Part shown: piece by piece, positions 36,780-49,838 of the stretch | How the letters are laid out: the number at the start of each line of letters is the position of its first letter | Numbering within the stretch: the first letter of the stretch is position 1 | DNA from: Anthoceros angustus | Taxonomy: Eukaryota > Plantae > Anthocerotophyta | Length of the DNA stretch: 64,000 nt | Direction: 5' to 3' | Assembly: GCA_010909165.1 (NCBI GenBank) | Contig: VJWM01000025.1 | Location: 2,418,001 to 2,482,000, forward strand | Position numbers and translations under genes: made by a program | The notes under the pieces: model-generated | What the model saw: the letters and a program-made list of their open reading frames with translations, nothing else | What the model was told of the DNA's origin: nothing | The model's database searches: none

Positions 36780-39013
36780 TTAAAATGAGGACGGCTCGCC
36801 TTCACCAGAAGCTCGGCCATGAACCTGTGAAGGTTGCACTAAAGATACAGATTCAGGGTTTCCATGGCTGCTAAGGGGCTCACCATTCTTCTTGTACTTA
36901 TACCACTTGGCCACCACAAGATAGGCAAGGAAGTTGAGGAAGCTGAGGACAGCTAGAAGCCAGTTGAAGTAGTCGACGTGACCACGATTGAGGTTGTTAG
37001 GGATCCAACCAGGACTGTTGCCGTGCCTTGTGATCCGAGTGAGTATGGTCACCAACAAACTGCTCAAATATGAGCCTAGTGCAACTGTGGTTAGCTGTAG
37101 GGCACTTCCTAGGCTACGCATGGAATCTGGAGACTGGTCGTAGAAGAACTCCAACTGCCCGATGAAAATGAACACTTCAGCAGCTCCTATCAAAAAATAC
37201 TGAGGAATCTGCCAGAAGATACTTAGAGGGACTGGGTCTTTGTCATTGTCCAGCAATCCGTCCCGCTTGGCTATCTTCAACCTCTCCATCTCCAAGATCG
37301 CAGCTGCCACCATGGCAAATGTCCCGATGGCGAGCCCGATGCCCATCCTCTGAATCTGGGTAAAACCTCGAGGATTGCCTGTCCAACGCCGCACCACTGG
37401 GACAAGAAGGCGATCATATATAGGTACGCAGATCAAGACACTCAGGATGTCAAATATGGATAGAGCAGCGGCAGGTATCTTAAAGTTGGGGCCTACGTGA
37501 ACGTCCATTCTTGAACCTTGCAGCACAAATAGAGAGGACATCTGGGCATATATGGTGGAGAAGATGATTGCCGTTGCCCACACAGGTAAAATGCGGAGTA
37601 TGACCTTGACCTCCTCCACCTGAGTGACTGTGCAGAGCTGCCATGCTGTCGGAGCCGTGCCAGTTGGATGCTGAATGGGTGTCTCAGTTGCGGCCCTGTC
37701 AAGGAATCTGAAATGGAGAGTGTGCTTCATGAGATTTCGTCAAAACGACTGGTTCAACATAACAGCAACCAACAAACATTAGGAGCACAAGGAGGACAAA
37801 CTTACGTGAACTGTGGGGTATGTTCAAGCTTGCTGCTTGCCTTCTTGTGTTTGTCTGCCTCATCTTCGCTCACCTCATACAGTACTTTTGCAGGAGCCAC
37901 CTTCCACTTTCTCATTGCAGCAACAAAGACCTGGGAAATCCTGGTCAAAGGGCTGCCCCCCGGTTTCTGGTGTCTGTATAAAGGCGTACCCAGAAAGAAA
38001 AAGACAATGGCAATTGCCATGGCTACTGCTGGTATTCCGAATCCCAGAGCCCAGCTCACATTGTCTTGGATGTACACCAGAATTGAGGATGAGATCAAAG
38101 CTCCCACATTGATTGAGAAATAGAACCAATTGAAAAACGACGTCTTTTTCTTGTTCTCCTCCACATCATATTCATCAAACTGGTCAGCTCCAAATGAGGA
38201 GACACAAGGCTTGATGCCTCCTGTGCCCAGCGCAATCAAATAAAGGGCAAGGTAAAAAACACCAATTTGGAGAGAGCTCGATTTTGGGCATACATCTCCA
38301 CTGCAGGCAGGAGGCTTGAGGGAAGGCAACGCTGCTGACAGCGTAAGTAGGGTTGTACCCTGCCCATAAAAGAGATTGAAACAGTCAAGAGAAGTTAACA
38401 GCAAGCAACACCACGACCTTCTCCTCAGGTAGCTGAAAAAGCTGCTGAAAGCATTTGAAGCTACTACTAGTGCAGCTTCTTACAATGAGGTAGACAAAGG
38501 AGAAGACCGCAATAGTCAAATATCGGCCCCATAGGGCATCAGCCAGGAAAGCTCCAATCAGAGGAGTAATGTAACAAGTCCCACCCCAATTGTTGACATT
38601 GGTGGAGGCAGGGCCACTGCTCTGCCGCAGAACGTCTGTCAAGTAAATCACAAGGTTTGTCGAAATTCCATAGTAGGCCAGTCTTTCACAACACTCATTT
38701 CCTGCAGCACCAACATGTGTATCCTGAAGATGAGATTGTAATTCGACACCAAAAACAACACCTACACCTCAGGACCACGTCAGCACTTCGACAGCTCACC
38801 CAGGATGAAAGGGCAAGCTTTCCAGCCCCCGGATCTAGACTTGATGGCAGGCCTGTGCCGGAGGTCCACAGACTCATCCTCGGTGTGATAGCCCGGTATC
38901 CGATCCGTCCCCTGTTCGTTCCACAATATTCCAATTTGTTAAAGAGACGCTAAAATCAGAAGCACAGCTTAACAGTCAGAGTCGTTCAATCCAACGTACC
39001 ACAACCCGGACAT
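36780..39013 (-). CDS. NRT1/PTR family (NPF, PTR/NPF8-like) peptide/nitrate transporter, multi-exon
   Basis: Motifs include [10 protein letters not shown]|[17 protein letters not shown] (ExxER motif), [37 protein letters not shown] and [13 protein letters not shown]. The start codon is uncertain. Confidence 0.92.
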
Positions 39014-41042
39014 GGTCGTCCTTCCGGGGAAGAAGGCCCCAGGCTCGTAAAACGAACGCCATTCAATTTGATGGACAAAGAAGTTGGCGGAAACCCAAAA
39101 ATCCAGTACCAGGACGCCTGGATTGGCTCGAGACGTGGAAACGGCTAAACGGACGTCTGGGCGGGAATTCCAAGGTAATGGAGCTGAGTTGATGCAGCTA
39201 CATGCTTCAAGTCCCTGTCGTGCATACTTTGGCACCAAATTCGCTTCGCGAGGGACAAGAAAGATTTCGCAACGCAAATGCACTGGAGCAGAGCAGGAGC
39301 TGGCCTTACAGGGCTGACATGTAGGACATGGCTGCAAATGCTCCAAGAGAAAACATCAAAACAAAAGAGACGAGAAGGATGTGAAGAGACGCCATCCCAC
39401 CCGTACACGTTCAGGTCAGTCTTGACGACGACTGAATTCTGTACTCCAGCGCTGCAGCATTGCCATTGCTCTCTGACTGAACACAAATGGGACGGCTGGG
39501 ATGACTTGGTGAGCAGAATCTGGTAAGCAGTCGCAGACTTGCCGGCGGCAGCTCTCTACACAAGTGTCACGCTAAGCACACTAGATTGAAAAATACGCAA
39601 ACCAATTTTTTTGAAACTGAGTTTTTAGGGAGGCGAGGTTCATATATAACGGCTCAAAGGTCCTGCATATGGAATTATGTTTTATCGAGGAAAAAAACCA
39701 TGGGAAAAACCCATCCAGCAGGGAACAGCGAAGGTGGACCTTGGGAGTCAAGGTGAAAAGGATTGACTAAGCTTTGTTGTAGAACAAGTAGGCCATCAAG
39801 GGCCAGGAGTAATCGGGGATGTGTGACAATAGTAGTGATCCGACTAATGGGTTGCTTAACCACGACCACCTACCATGTCATTCATTAAGGGAGGACACTA
39901 TGAACCGATTGGCTGAATTAAATTATTAGATATTAATATATTAAAAAATATATATACTTAAATAAAAAATTATATCATCCCATGTCTTTGTGTTTTTCCT
40001 TCACAAAGAAGTCTCATTATTCCCATTATTCTTGTCCCTCATGGGCCATCTATTGTATGGTCCATGATGGCCCTTTTATATAAGAAGTTACATTTTATGA
40101 TCCATGATAGAACTCTTGAATATAAAATGTTCATAGTAACCCTTTCAATTATGTGAACTATATATAATCGACCCATTTCACTATTAGGATTCTTGATTGT
40201 AAGGCCTTTTAGTGACCTTTCTAGTTGAATAGAGAGACAAAAATTTTTAATTCAATAAAAAATTTAAATGTACTTTTTATTAAAAATTTATTATAAAATA
40301 GTTTAAATTACACAAAAATATTACAGAAAAAATCTGCATGACATCGCAAACTTATGTGCCGGAGTCGAATCACAGACTCGAGGGCTTCCCAAGGATGCGT
40401 ATCGTGCAAGGCTTCTTACTGAATATATACTTTAAATTAGTTATATTTTATACATCCTACAATAACAGCTGGCAACGATATGTGGACCACCCAGTAGAGA
40501 CGAAATGTCGATATGAGGAGTGACGGCTAAAGTGCGGCGAAAGTGTGACAAACAGCGGCGACTGGTTGCTGTCGGTTTTCCTGACGATGAAATGTCTGTC
40601 GTGACGCGTCCTAAAAGGCGAATAGAAGCTTCGATTTTGCAGTCGTCGGCCCGGATGAACTTTTCTGGCTGTACTCGATCCACTAGCGTCCTAATGCGAT
40701 TAAGCTTACGCTGTTATCGAGTTTCGTTAGTAGTCCTGTTAACTTTGCTGGTTAAGTGATGAGCGCACGAGCAACAGGAACAGAGAAGCCAGGGAGGAAT
40801 GTACATACAAACTGTACGAAGTAGTGTCTCGATAAAGAGACGGCGATGAATTCGTCAGTGATGAGCGGTTGCCAGGAAGGAATGCTGCAATACAATGCAC
40901 ACAATAGTGTGCTGAAATCACAATGAAGAAAGTGAAGCAAAAGGACGAGGAGAATGATGAAGGATCAGAAATCCTGTGAATCAAATTCGCTCTCAGTGTA
41001 AGAATGACAGTAAGAACGCATTTCCAGGCAGAACAGAACTCA

Positions 41043-41373
41043 TCAGAAATCCAGCAGCAGCTGGGGCAGAATTCTCTCAAAATGCGTGCTCTGGATCTCT
41101 GTTGCTCCCTCTGTCTCTGCCACCAGAGCTGCCCGTTGCACTGCCTCAGCCACAAACATGCGCAGCAGCTCGCAGCTGAGCTTGAGAGCACCCGCGTTGG
41201 CGGTGGTTGCACGGTTCTTCTTGGCCGGACCTGGTGCTGCTGCAGCTCCTGGTGCTCCGGCTTGCGGTTCTGCATCCTCCGCGTCCTCCTCGCCTGCCAG
41301 CCGCTCCCTGCATGTCTGCTGCCACACCAGCTTGAAGATCTCGTGCACAACGTCGGGAGAGAAGGCCGCCATT
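41043..41373 (-). CDS. MHF2: CENP-X / MHF2 histone-fold protein (single exon)
   Basis: MAAFSPDVVHEIFKLVW…TTANAGALKLSCELLRMFVAEAVQRAALVAETEG…HFERILPQLLLDF*. The PQLLLDF C-terminus is diagnostic. Confidence 0.9.
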
Positions 41374-42010
41374 GGAAGGTAGTAAGGCCGGTTCGCTGGA
41401 ATTAGGTCAAGGCGGGAACTGTGCCAGTGAGTGGAAGGAACGGACTGTTGCTCATCCTGCGGGACAGGGGACGGAAAGGAAAAGGAAAAGGAAAAGGGAA
41501 GAATCCGGGAGGGAGGAGCTGAAGCAGAGCGTGCACAAGGTTTCCACAGCACTGAGATCGTGCGAGAGGGGGGCGAGATCTGTGCTACGTCTGCTTGAAT
41601 GACTTTGTTGTTGTTTGCTTTTTTTTTTTGGCTGTGGCAATGGCATCATCCACTAGCCTCTCACACAGGATGGGAGGGGAATCTGGACGGAGGTGTACTT
41701 GGTTGCAGCTGGGCACACGGGTTTGTCATGTTTTCTTGTCTCCCACACACCCCAACAGTTTCTCCTCCTTGTCTGTCCCCATGGCTGGCCTGTGGGATTC
41801 TCTCGGGCACAGTGTCGCCACAGCTCTGCCCAGTTGCGATCATGCAGGATCCTCGGCAGGCAGGGAGGGGCACGACGCAGGTCAGCCAAATCTTCCGTTG
41901 CCCGGGATTCTCCACCTTGTCTTTGCCTTTGCTTCTGCCCTGCTCGTTCCCGTGACATGAACAGAGATATCAACCACTCAAGTCTGTCAACTTGGTACCG
42001 CGATCTAGGC

Positions 42011-42678
42011 TTAGACAAGCTGGTACACAGGAAGGTGGTGGAGGTTCAAGCTGTGATCCCACTTGCCAAATCCTCTAGTAACAAGCACATTCTACCAACA
42101 GGTTGTTGTTGTGCTCAGTGTGTGTTTGTAGTGAAGTACAGCTTGGGGAACTGGGCCCATGTCGACATACCGTACAGGGGTACAGCGTCCCAACGTACAG
42201 AATCCAGACGCTCTTCTTGTGCATGATGCCATCCAGGAGAGGGCTGTAGCTGCACAGGATTTGGATAAACCGATATTTTCCATACAAACACATTGGTGAC
42301 CATCTGTACATGCCCTGCAGAGTGCTGCAGACCCCGACCTGTAGAGGCAGTAGCGGCCCCAAGAGGTTCTTTTGTCTCCTTGGGCGAAGCAAGCACCACG
42401 GCTACCCATCCACCAGATTTGCTGTGCAAAGTGCAAAGATGTCTTCTTGTGAGTAGCATCCACTGGAGGTACGTGCTGATTATCATATGAATACCCACTA
42501 CGTCATCAAGCAGAGAAGCATCTGGAGTACATAAATACACAAGCACATACATAGGTCTCAAAGGCCATAATATGATAGAGAGAACCATCTTGAGAGGTGA
42601 GCCTGAAACAAAACAGGAGAGAGGTGACATGGGTACAGAATGCGAAGTGTAACATGGCTGAAGATTTGTGGTAGCACC
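42011..42678 (-). CDS. Unannotated multi-exon gene of unknown function; exons 42602-42551, 42475-42339, 42249-42171, 42091-42011; 5' exons uncertain
   Basis: Three GT-AG introns of 75, 89 and 79 nt all preserve frame: LTSQDGSLYHIMAFETY|HVPPVDATHKKTSLHFAQQIWWMGSRGACFAQGDKRTSWGRYCLYS|YSPLLDGIMHKKSVWILYVGTLYPCT|NVLVTRGFGKWDHSLNLHHLPVYQLV*. Confidence 0.55.
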
Positions 42679-43042
42679 ATAAGATGCCACAGATTAGTGC
42701 TGACAATCCAGCACAGAGCAAAACTTGCAGATGGTCAGACAAGTGGATTTTTTCCTACACCTACTGATGGCAGGCGGTGGTGCCTTCCTTCCTCTGTGCC
42801 GCTAAAGATCCTGTTGTGGTTGAAGCCCTGTTAGAATTTCCGAGAACCCAACTCTAGACTTGGTGAAAGGGTCCATACTAAGACTATGGCTAGGACTACC
42901 TACAGTAGACTACACTGACAAAATTGGCTTGGGAGTGCGTGAGATCTCCACTCTACCTCTCTATACAAAAATGGTCTATCTGATCCGGAAAGACCTCACT
43001 GGAGGTCACAGAACGGGGAGATAGAATTAAGAAAGAAAGAAG

Positions 43043-44876
43043 CTACGAGTGCAAAAGCTGGCCGAGTCTTTGCCTGGGATGCACGATGAGAGGATGTACC
43101 ATTTCGCAGGAGAGCTTCAAAACCTCGGACAGGTCCACCGGATGTTGCTGGCTCGCACTCCAGTGATACTGCTGCAAAAGCCGGGCCACCCAGAGCTGCA
43201 CCGTGGCCAAGCCAAGGGCTCTGCCGGGGCACACTCTCCTCCCAGCTCCGAAGGGCGCCAGCCGCAGGTCGTTCCCTCTGATGTCGATCTCCTGGCCACC
43301 TGCTGAGGGCAGAAATCTAAAAGGCTGGAACTTGTTGGGCTCCGGCCACACCGCAGGGTCGTGGGTGATGGCATACATGTTCACCATCGCCGTGGTCCCT
43401 GCGGGAATGTGGTGTCCGGCTATGCAAACATCCTGCGTAGCGAGACGAGCCCAGGACAGCAGCGGGCCGGGAGGATGCATCCGCAGCGTCTCCTTGATCA
43501 CAGCCTGCAAATACGGGAGCCTGGTCATGTCGGCATCCGCCACCACTCGGTGGCCGCCCACAACCTCGTCCAGCTCCTGGTGAATTCGGCTCTGCACCTC
43601 CGGGTTCAGCACAATCTCCGCCATGGCCCATTCCGTCAGAATGGCCGTGGTGTCGGTGCCCCGAAAGACCATTTCCTGACAACACAAATAACCCATATCG
43701 CGAACGTGAGCTGCGCTGCCGTCCGGAATGCATGATTAAACAGCAGAGTTGCAGTAACGGAATGCAGGCAAAGAGGGGGGTTCAGTGCACGGCACGGGCT
43801 CGATTTGGTTTAGTTCAGGTAGTGTAGGGGAGGACGAAGCCAGTACACAACACTCACCCAGAGCACGGCGATCATCTCCTCGTCGCTGAGCTTCTCGTCC
43901 CCCTCCAGATCGAGCAACGCGTCGACGAAGTCCCCGTCCGAGGCGTCCCTGGCCCGGTCCGGGGCCCCCGCCTCCCTCCGCGCGCGGTGCTCGTCGATGA
44001 TGCTTTGCACCAGCGTCTTCACCTGAGGCACCAGGGCCTTGCAGCGCTGCCGAATCCGGCCGCGGTCCACGTTGAGCGCGCGGAGCGCGGGGAGGTGGTC
44101 TGACCAGTTGAAGGCCCCCAGCAGCTCGAACCCCTCCCGCACCATGGCCTGGAGCTGCTTCGCCTCCTTGTCCTGGGCCCCGAAATCGAAGGTCCTGCCG
44201 AGGACGACGCCCGTGACGTTGTTCACCGCGGCGTGCTGCAGGTGGGGGCGGAGTGTCACACTCCCGCCACACTCAGCCTCCGCATGGATCCCCGCCACCA
44301 TGTAATCGGCTTGCGCCTGCCGCGCCGGCTCGTGCGCCTGTATCCTCCTGGGGGCGAAGAGGTGCGTGGTCGCAATTCTTCTCAGCCTCCGCCAGTAGTC
44401 CCCGAAGGGCGCGAACCCGATGGCCTTCCCGAACATGAGCTCCTGCGCCGACTGCTTCAGGGGCCGATCCGCGAAGTGAGCGCTGTTGAGCACCTCCCTC
44501 GCCGTCCCAGGCTGGCTGGCGATGACGACGCGCGTGCTCCCCAGGCTGAAGGCCATGAGCGCCATGGCATTGAAGCCACGCGCCAGATGCTCCAGGCGGC
44601 GGTGAGCCAGCGGCCCCATCTCCCACAGGCTCCCGAGCACCGGCACCCCCCTCGGCCCCGGCACCGTGAGCCGCCATCTTCCTTGCAGCTTCCCCACGCC
44701 GGGCCCCGGGCGCCGCCCAGCAGGCCAGCGCCCCGACCGCCGCAACCCCAGCCAGCGCCAGGTACAGCACCCACGACCCGGCGGGCGCCGCCCCTCCGCC
44801 TCCATCCCCTGCCCTGCTTCAGCAGCAGAGGCAGCCAGTACACCCACCACCACACAGAGCTCACCACCTCCGGCAT
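43043..44876 (-). CDS. CYP78A: Cytochrome P450 of the CYP78A (KLUH-like) family; exons 44876-43858 and 43675-43043; apparent indels in the GC-rich 5' end
   Basis: Motifs include MIAVLW|[44 protein letters not shown] (heme) and the N-terminal GPAWG…PGPRG. The N-terminus is spread over three frames. Confidence 0.92.
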
Positions 44877-47800
44877 TGCAGACGTCTCTTCTCTTCCCTC
44901 GCTGCTGCCTTCTCCTCTCTTCTGTTTCTCACCCGCCTGACGTCGGGCGGCCAAATTCTGCAGCTGCTCGGAACCCCTAACTGAATCCGGGAAAGGAAAG
45001 CGAGGCGTGGGCAGGGAAGCTTCCGCTCCGGGCACACTCTTAGTCCCGCTCGAATGCCAGCTGGTGCGTACTAAAAGTGCAAATGCAGCCCGACTCTATC
45101 CGAGCAGGCTTCAAGCTGCGGCAGCTGCTGCTGTGGCTCTAAACTAGACTGGATGGGAGTGGCCAGCAGCTGTGGGCTGCTCTTGCGAGCAGCAGCAGGA
45201 GACAAGGAGGGGGAGGAGGAGAGGAGGAGCCTGCCAGGGGCTGGAGGAGGAGGGGCCGGAAGACGAAGAGGAGGCGGGAGAGGGAGCCAAGTGGGTAGAG
45301 GAGAGGCAGTGAATGGTGGGGACCCGGAGGCGCGACATAAAAAGGAGGTCCATTGCCAAGGGATTTAATGCCAGACACAGCGTACTGCAAGAATACAGGG
45401 CCAGACACGCCTGGCCCGCCTCCAGGTCCGCCTCCTGGGGCAGCATAGGACAGACGGGAGGGCTAGGGTGCGAGGGAGCGAGGGCGAGGGACGGGCGCCG
45501 GGGCTGCGACCGGGGGTCGCCCCACGGAACCGGGGGTCGGCGACCGGGGCCAGGCCCACGCTGGCAGACACAGATTTGGGCGGCCCGGCCCGGCCCAGCC
45601 CGGCCCGTTTGGGGCTGGCGGTTAGGCATTTGCACCATTGATGGCGGCGGAAGTGGCGCAACGCAGCGAAGGCGCTGACATGCGATAAATAGACGGACTT
45701 CGGAGGGAGGCCAACGTTAAAGGTGCGCGCGGCAGAAAGACCGGCGAACCGGCATTTATGTACGAAGCGGGAGGTTGACCCGCATCGGCGCTGGAGCCTG
45801 GAGCGTGACGCAAACATTTTTAAACGGGGGGGGAGCCACCGGAACCGCCGGTACCTCTCCCCTTTGCCTTTTGCCCTTAGCCCCTTGCCCCGCCTAACAT
45901 GCATACTACTTTAATTTCCCAACCGTTCCGGGTTTAGCAAAAAGCTGTGGCGGGCTCATGCCATGGATGGCCCATTAGTAATATGTTTTGCGCTGGAACC
46001 GGCCAGGGCCAGCCAGCTGCCAGCTGCCCGCTGCCCGTGCTGCCCTTGCTGCCCGTGCTGCCCGTGCTGCCCGGACCCGGGCGCTGTCGGCCCCCGTATG
46101 CATCTCGCAGCACGGGCCCCGTTCCGTTCCGTCCCGTCTCGTCCCGTCCCGTCCGGCAGACTGGCAGTGGCACGCACAACGCAGTGCACTGTGCGGTGCA
46201 TGATTCCTCTGCGAGCTGCGAGCTGCGAGCTCTCGGAAAACGGTCTGCCCGGCCCCGCCAGAAATCGGAAAATCTCATCATGCCGATTTGACGCAGGCCC
46301 GGGCAGCGGCAGGGGCAGGTCGGGCAGGCCGGGCAGGTCGGGCAGGCCGCAGCACCAGACTCTCTCTCCCCACCCTTCTCGCGCTCACGAACGGAACGGA
46401 AAGCGCAATGCGCATCCGGACTGTGACTCGAACTGGCACTGCCACAGGGGACGCGACGCGGCGAAACTCGCGATGGATGGCGAAACTCGCGCCGCTCCAG
46501 GCGGGCGAGCTGCGTCAGCCCTAGACATGCTCCCCCGATTCCCGGCAACCGCGCCGCCCCCGGCACCTCGTTATTCTGCAATCTTTTTCTTTTCCTCCCT
46601 CGGGGCCTCGTAAACCGTAAACCGGGGGAGAGGGGGTTGAAGGAAGACCCGGTTCCAGGCTCACCCGCGCGTTTTGGTTTGTACTGTGGATACCGGCGGT
46701 GAGCGGGAATCGCCAGTTGCGCCTGCCCGCCGCCAGCCGCCCATACAGCCGGGCTCCTGACGCCATGCGGGCCCATCCATTCATCCATCCATTCATCCAT
46801 CCCCATCCATCGGCCGGGCCGGGCCGGGGGCCGGGGCCGGGCCGGGCCGGGCAGCGCGGGGGCCGGGCAGGTCGGGGCAGGCCTGGCTCGTGACCGTCAG
46901 TCGTCACATGGGCCCTGCGGTCGTGCATGCCCACCATCATTAAATTCTGCCCGGCCCTGCCCGGCAATTATAATCTCTGGCCAGGCCCGCGCATTATCCG
47001 ATTCTACTGTGTACAAAGTGACGACACAAATAATGGGCCGCTGCTGTCGCTGTTGAGGTGCCGGTAACCCAAGCGGCTTGAATTTGCCTCGCCTACAGTT
47101 TGTTAGGTTTCTGCCATCTTCCGTCCTGTACCCACTCCCTGTACACCAGACTTGTCAGCGCATGTTCTACATCAGACAACACTCATATCGGATCTCGGTA
47201 TCGAGTATGTCCAGCATTTAGATTCCAATCATGATATCATATTAATAATTTCATATATATATATATATATATAATATAGTACCTGTTATTATTATTATGA
47301 ACATATTATGACTTATGGAGTCAAGGGTCTTATGAGATCAAGCATATTGGGTCTAATCAATTACACTCGAATTGGGTCTTACCACTCACCCTTACACTCA
47401 TACTTGGGTCCTTGAAAACACCTTAAAAAAAAAGCTCACCTATAGTAAAATAATTAATTATTTTTTCTTTGGAAAAGTAAGAAAAATAAGAATCTCCATG
47501 AGGTACTTATGGGTATTCATACCTCTCAATTACTAAGGTTTTGGTATCATCATGATGCAGCTGCGCCTATCACTCTAATCTTGAGCTCTTCTTATCACTC
47601 TAATCTCCTCTGTTGCCATACTCATAGCTCTCAATCGTTCTACTGGTTGGGTTTCATATAGCTTTTACTATCATAGCTTTCTTCACATCACCATGATATA
47701 GCTCCTCTTGCTACTCTAATCTTAAACCGTACCATGCCCTGCCCTGAGATTGTTAGAAGAGGGGTGCCCAGTGTTTATGTACAGCCTGCTCATTATTGGA

Positions 47801-49838
47801 TGGGATTATCTTCTTTGTTTTACATCATAAATACCCTCTTTAAATATGTATTTAAATAAAGGAAAACATTTTTCATAAAGAATGTGAAAACCCTCGAACA
47901 AAGGGAAGTGGGTCCTGGGTCCTATTCAGTGGACTAGCACACTAGTACTCCTCCTGCTCCAGAGACAGCCACACATACGGTGCTGGTAGGATGAGGTTCC
48001 AACAATGAGAAGTGTCAGAGAGGAGGCTGGAATATGGAATGTCCAGTCCATCCGGGCTTGGAGACCGATGTGGACGCATAAAATACAGGAGGTGGGTGGT
48101 AGGTGCGTGGGTTTGATTTTGTGCATATCTCCATAATATATTTGATGTACTTTTTAACCTTGGGAAAAGAGGGTAGGAGAAGGTGGATGTGGAAAAAGAA
48201 GGGTCGCATTGCACTTGACGGGCAATCTTGGTCGGGGGTCCTTTACGAAGTCAAGTAGCAGCAGCTTTTTTGTGTTTGGTGAGAGAGGGGAAGAGAAGAC
48301 CATTATTATAATATTATAAGTGGGCCTGGGAAGGTGAGAAGTGGGCCCGGCGCGCACCCACCCAGCCCATGGGACCACAGCGAGCGGTTCATTAGGCGCT
48401 GCCACCCCGCCTCGGTTTAAGGGAGCATTGAAGGCATTAAAGCTCGCGGCGGATGGGCGGGCACTGCATTTAATGGCGGCCAATTACGGGCCGTTAATTG
48501 TCCCATACCGCTGGGCCTAATAAAGGGGGACTTGCCCGCTTTGTACAGCCCGAATCGGGCCGCTATTTAACGATCTCGGGAAGATCTACCTGGGAGGTGG
48601 GAGGTGGGAGGAGGGAGGAGCGGTACTACCGGCAGCGCGCCCACCAGCACAGCACACCACAGCGGGCTGCGGGCAGGGAATGTTTTGTATTGTACTGTTG
48701 TTGTTTGCAGATAGGCAGCCGCAAAGCGCAGCAGCAGACAAAACGGGAGCAGAAGAAGGCGATGTTTAGAAGAATATTTGTACAGAAGAGGGTCGGGGTC
48801 GGGCCCGGGGCGAGGCGGGGCGGAGCGGGGCGGAGCAGGGCTAGGGTCGGGCCGGGCCGAATCAGGTCGTCTTGCTCCGCCATTCACGGCGGATGGAAGC
48901 GCAGGGAGCGCCAGGGAATGGAGAAAAAGAAGGTGCTGACAGACAGGCTGCGGCAAGGCAACGGCAGGCGAATCCATGCGCAGATCTCTTATTCCTGCGC
49001 TTTCTCGTCTCACGCAGCACGCTCTCGCTGCAGGCCGCAGGCTGCAGGCTGCTGTTGCTCCTCCTTTCCTCGAGACGCGAGGCAGCGGAGCCGCGCAAAG
49101 CGCAGCTGGCGGAGCGACTGCTGCTACTGCAGCGGCTGCGGCTGGGGCAGCGGCCGCGCCAGGACCAGGGTACCTCATTGGCTGTGCTGGATAATCTAGA
49201 ATACTGCAATGAATCGCATGGCCTGTCGCCTCGATCGGCGAGCTCTGGCCAGGCCAGGCCTCGGCCTGCCTGCCTGCCTGCCCGGGCCTGGCCTGGCCTG
49301 GCCTCGATCTAGCAGTCCATAGTGGCAACGGTGATGAGTAAGATTCTCGTGGCGCCTCCTGCTCCAGGCCAGGTACCGCTCCGCGGCTGGCATGGCTCTT
49401 TTAGTATCCTCGCATTGTGCTCCTCCTTCTTGCTGCCTGCATTGGCCATGGCCGCTCCCTTTGCCTGTGCCTTTCCCTTTCCAGCTCCGAGCGAGCACAA
49501 CGATGGCCGCGGTCGGCCATGGCCTCCGTTCCGTTGCCAGACAGGCATGTGCCCCGCCCCGGCGCGTGCAACCGAGCCACTGGTCGGCCACCTGTTTCCA
49601 TGCGTGAACCCGTGCCGACTTACAACACGCAGCACGCAGCACTTACCCCTCACATGCAAGCACATAACACGTATGGAAAGCATTGGACGCACAAAATGGA
49701 GAACCATGTGGGATTGAGATGAATCACTGCATACCCCGATGAGGTTGGAGTGTTTGTCCTACTCCTTCACAGAAATGGAATGGATTAAGAAACATGCATG
49801 ATAGGACAGAAGAACAGAAGGCCTCCGAAGGGTCTTCA

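Noticed and set aside
44690-44876. CYP78A as a pseudogene because of N-terminal frameshifts
   Set aside because: The shifts fall in G/C-rich runs and the rest of the gene is intact, so sequencing error is more likely.
45139-46967. Numerous overlapping GC-rich ORFs (up to 290 aa), with more at 48.5-49.7 kb
   Set aside because: They are expected by chance at this GC content, are low-complexity Arg/Gly/Pro/Ala, and show no domain.
49247-49303. GGCCA/GGCCT inverted repeat hairpin as a miRNA precursor
   Set aside because: It is made of simple pentamer repeats, is too short, and has no recognisable mature miRNA.
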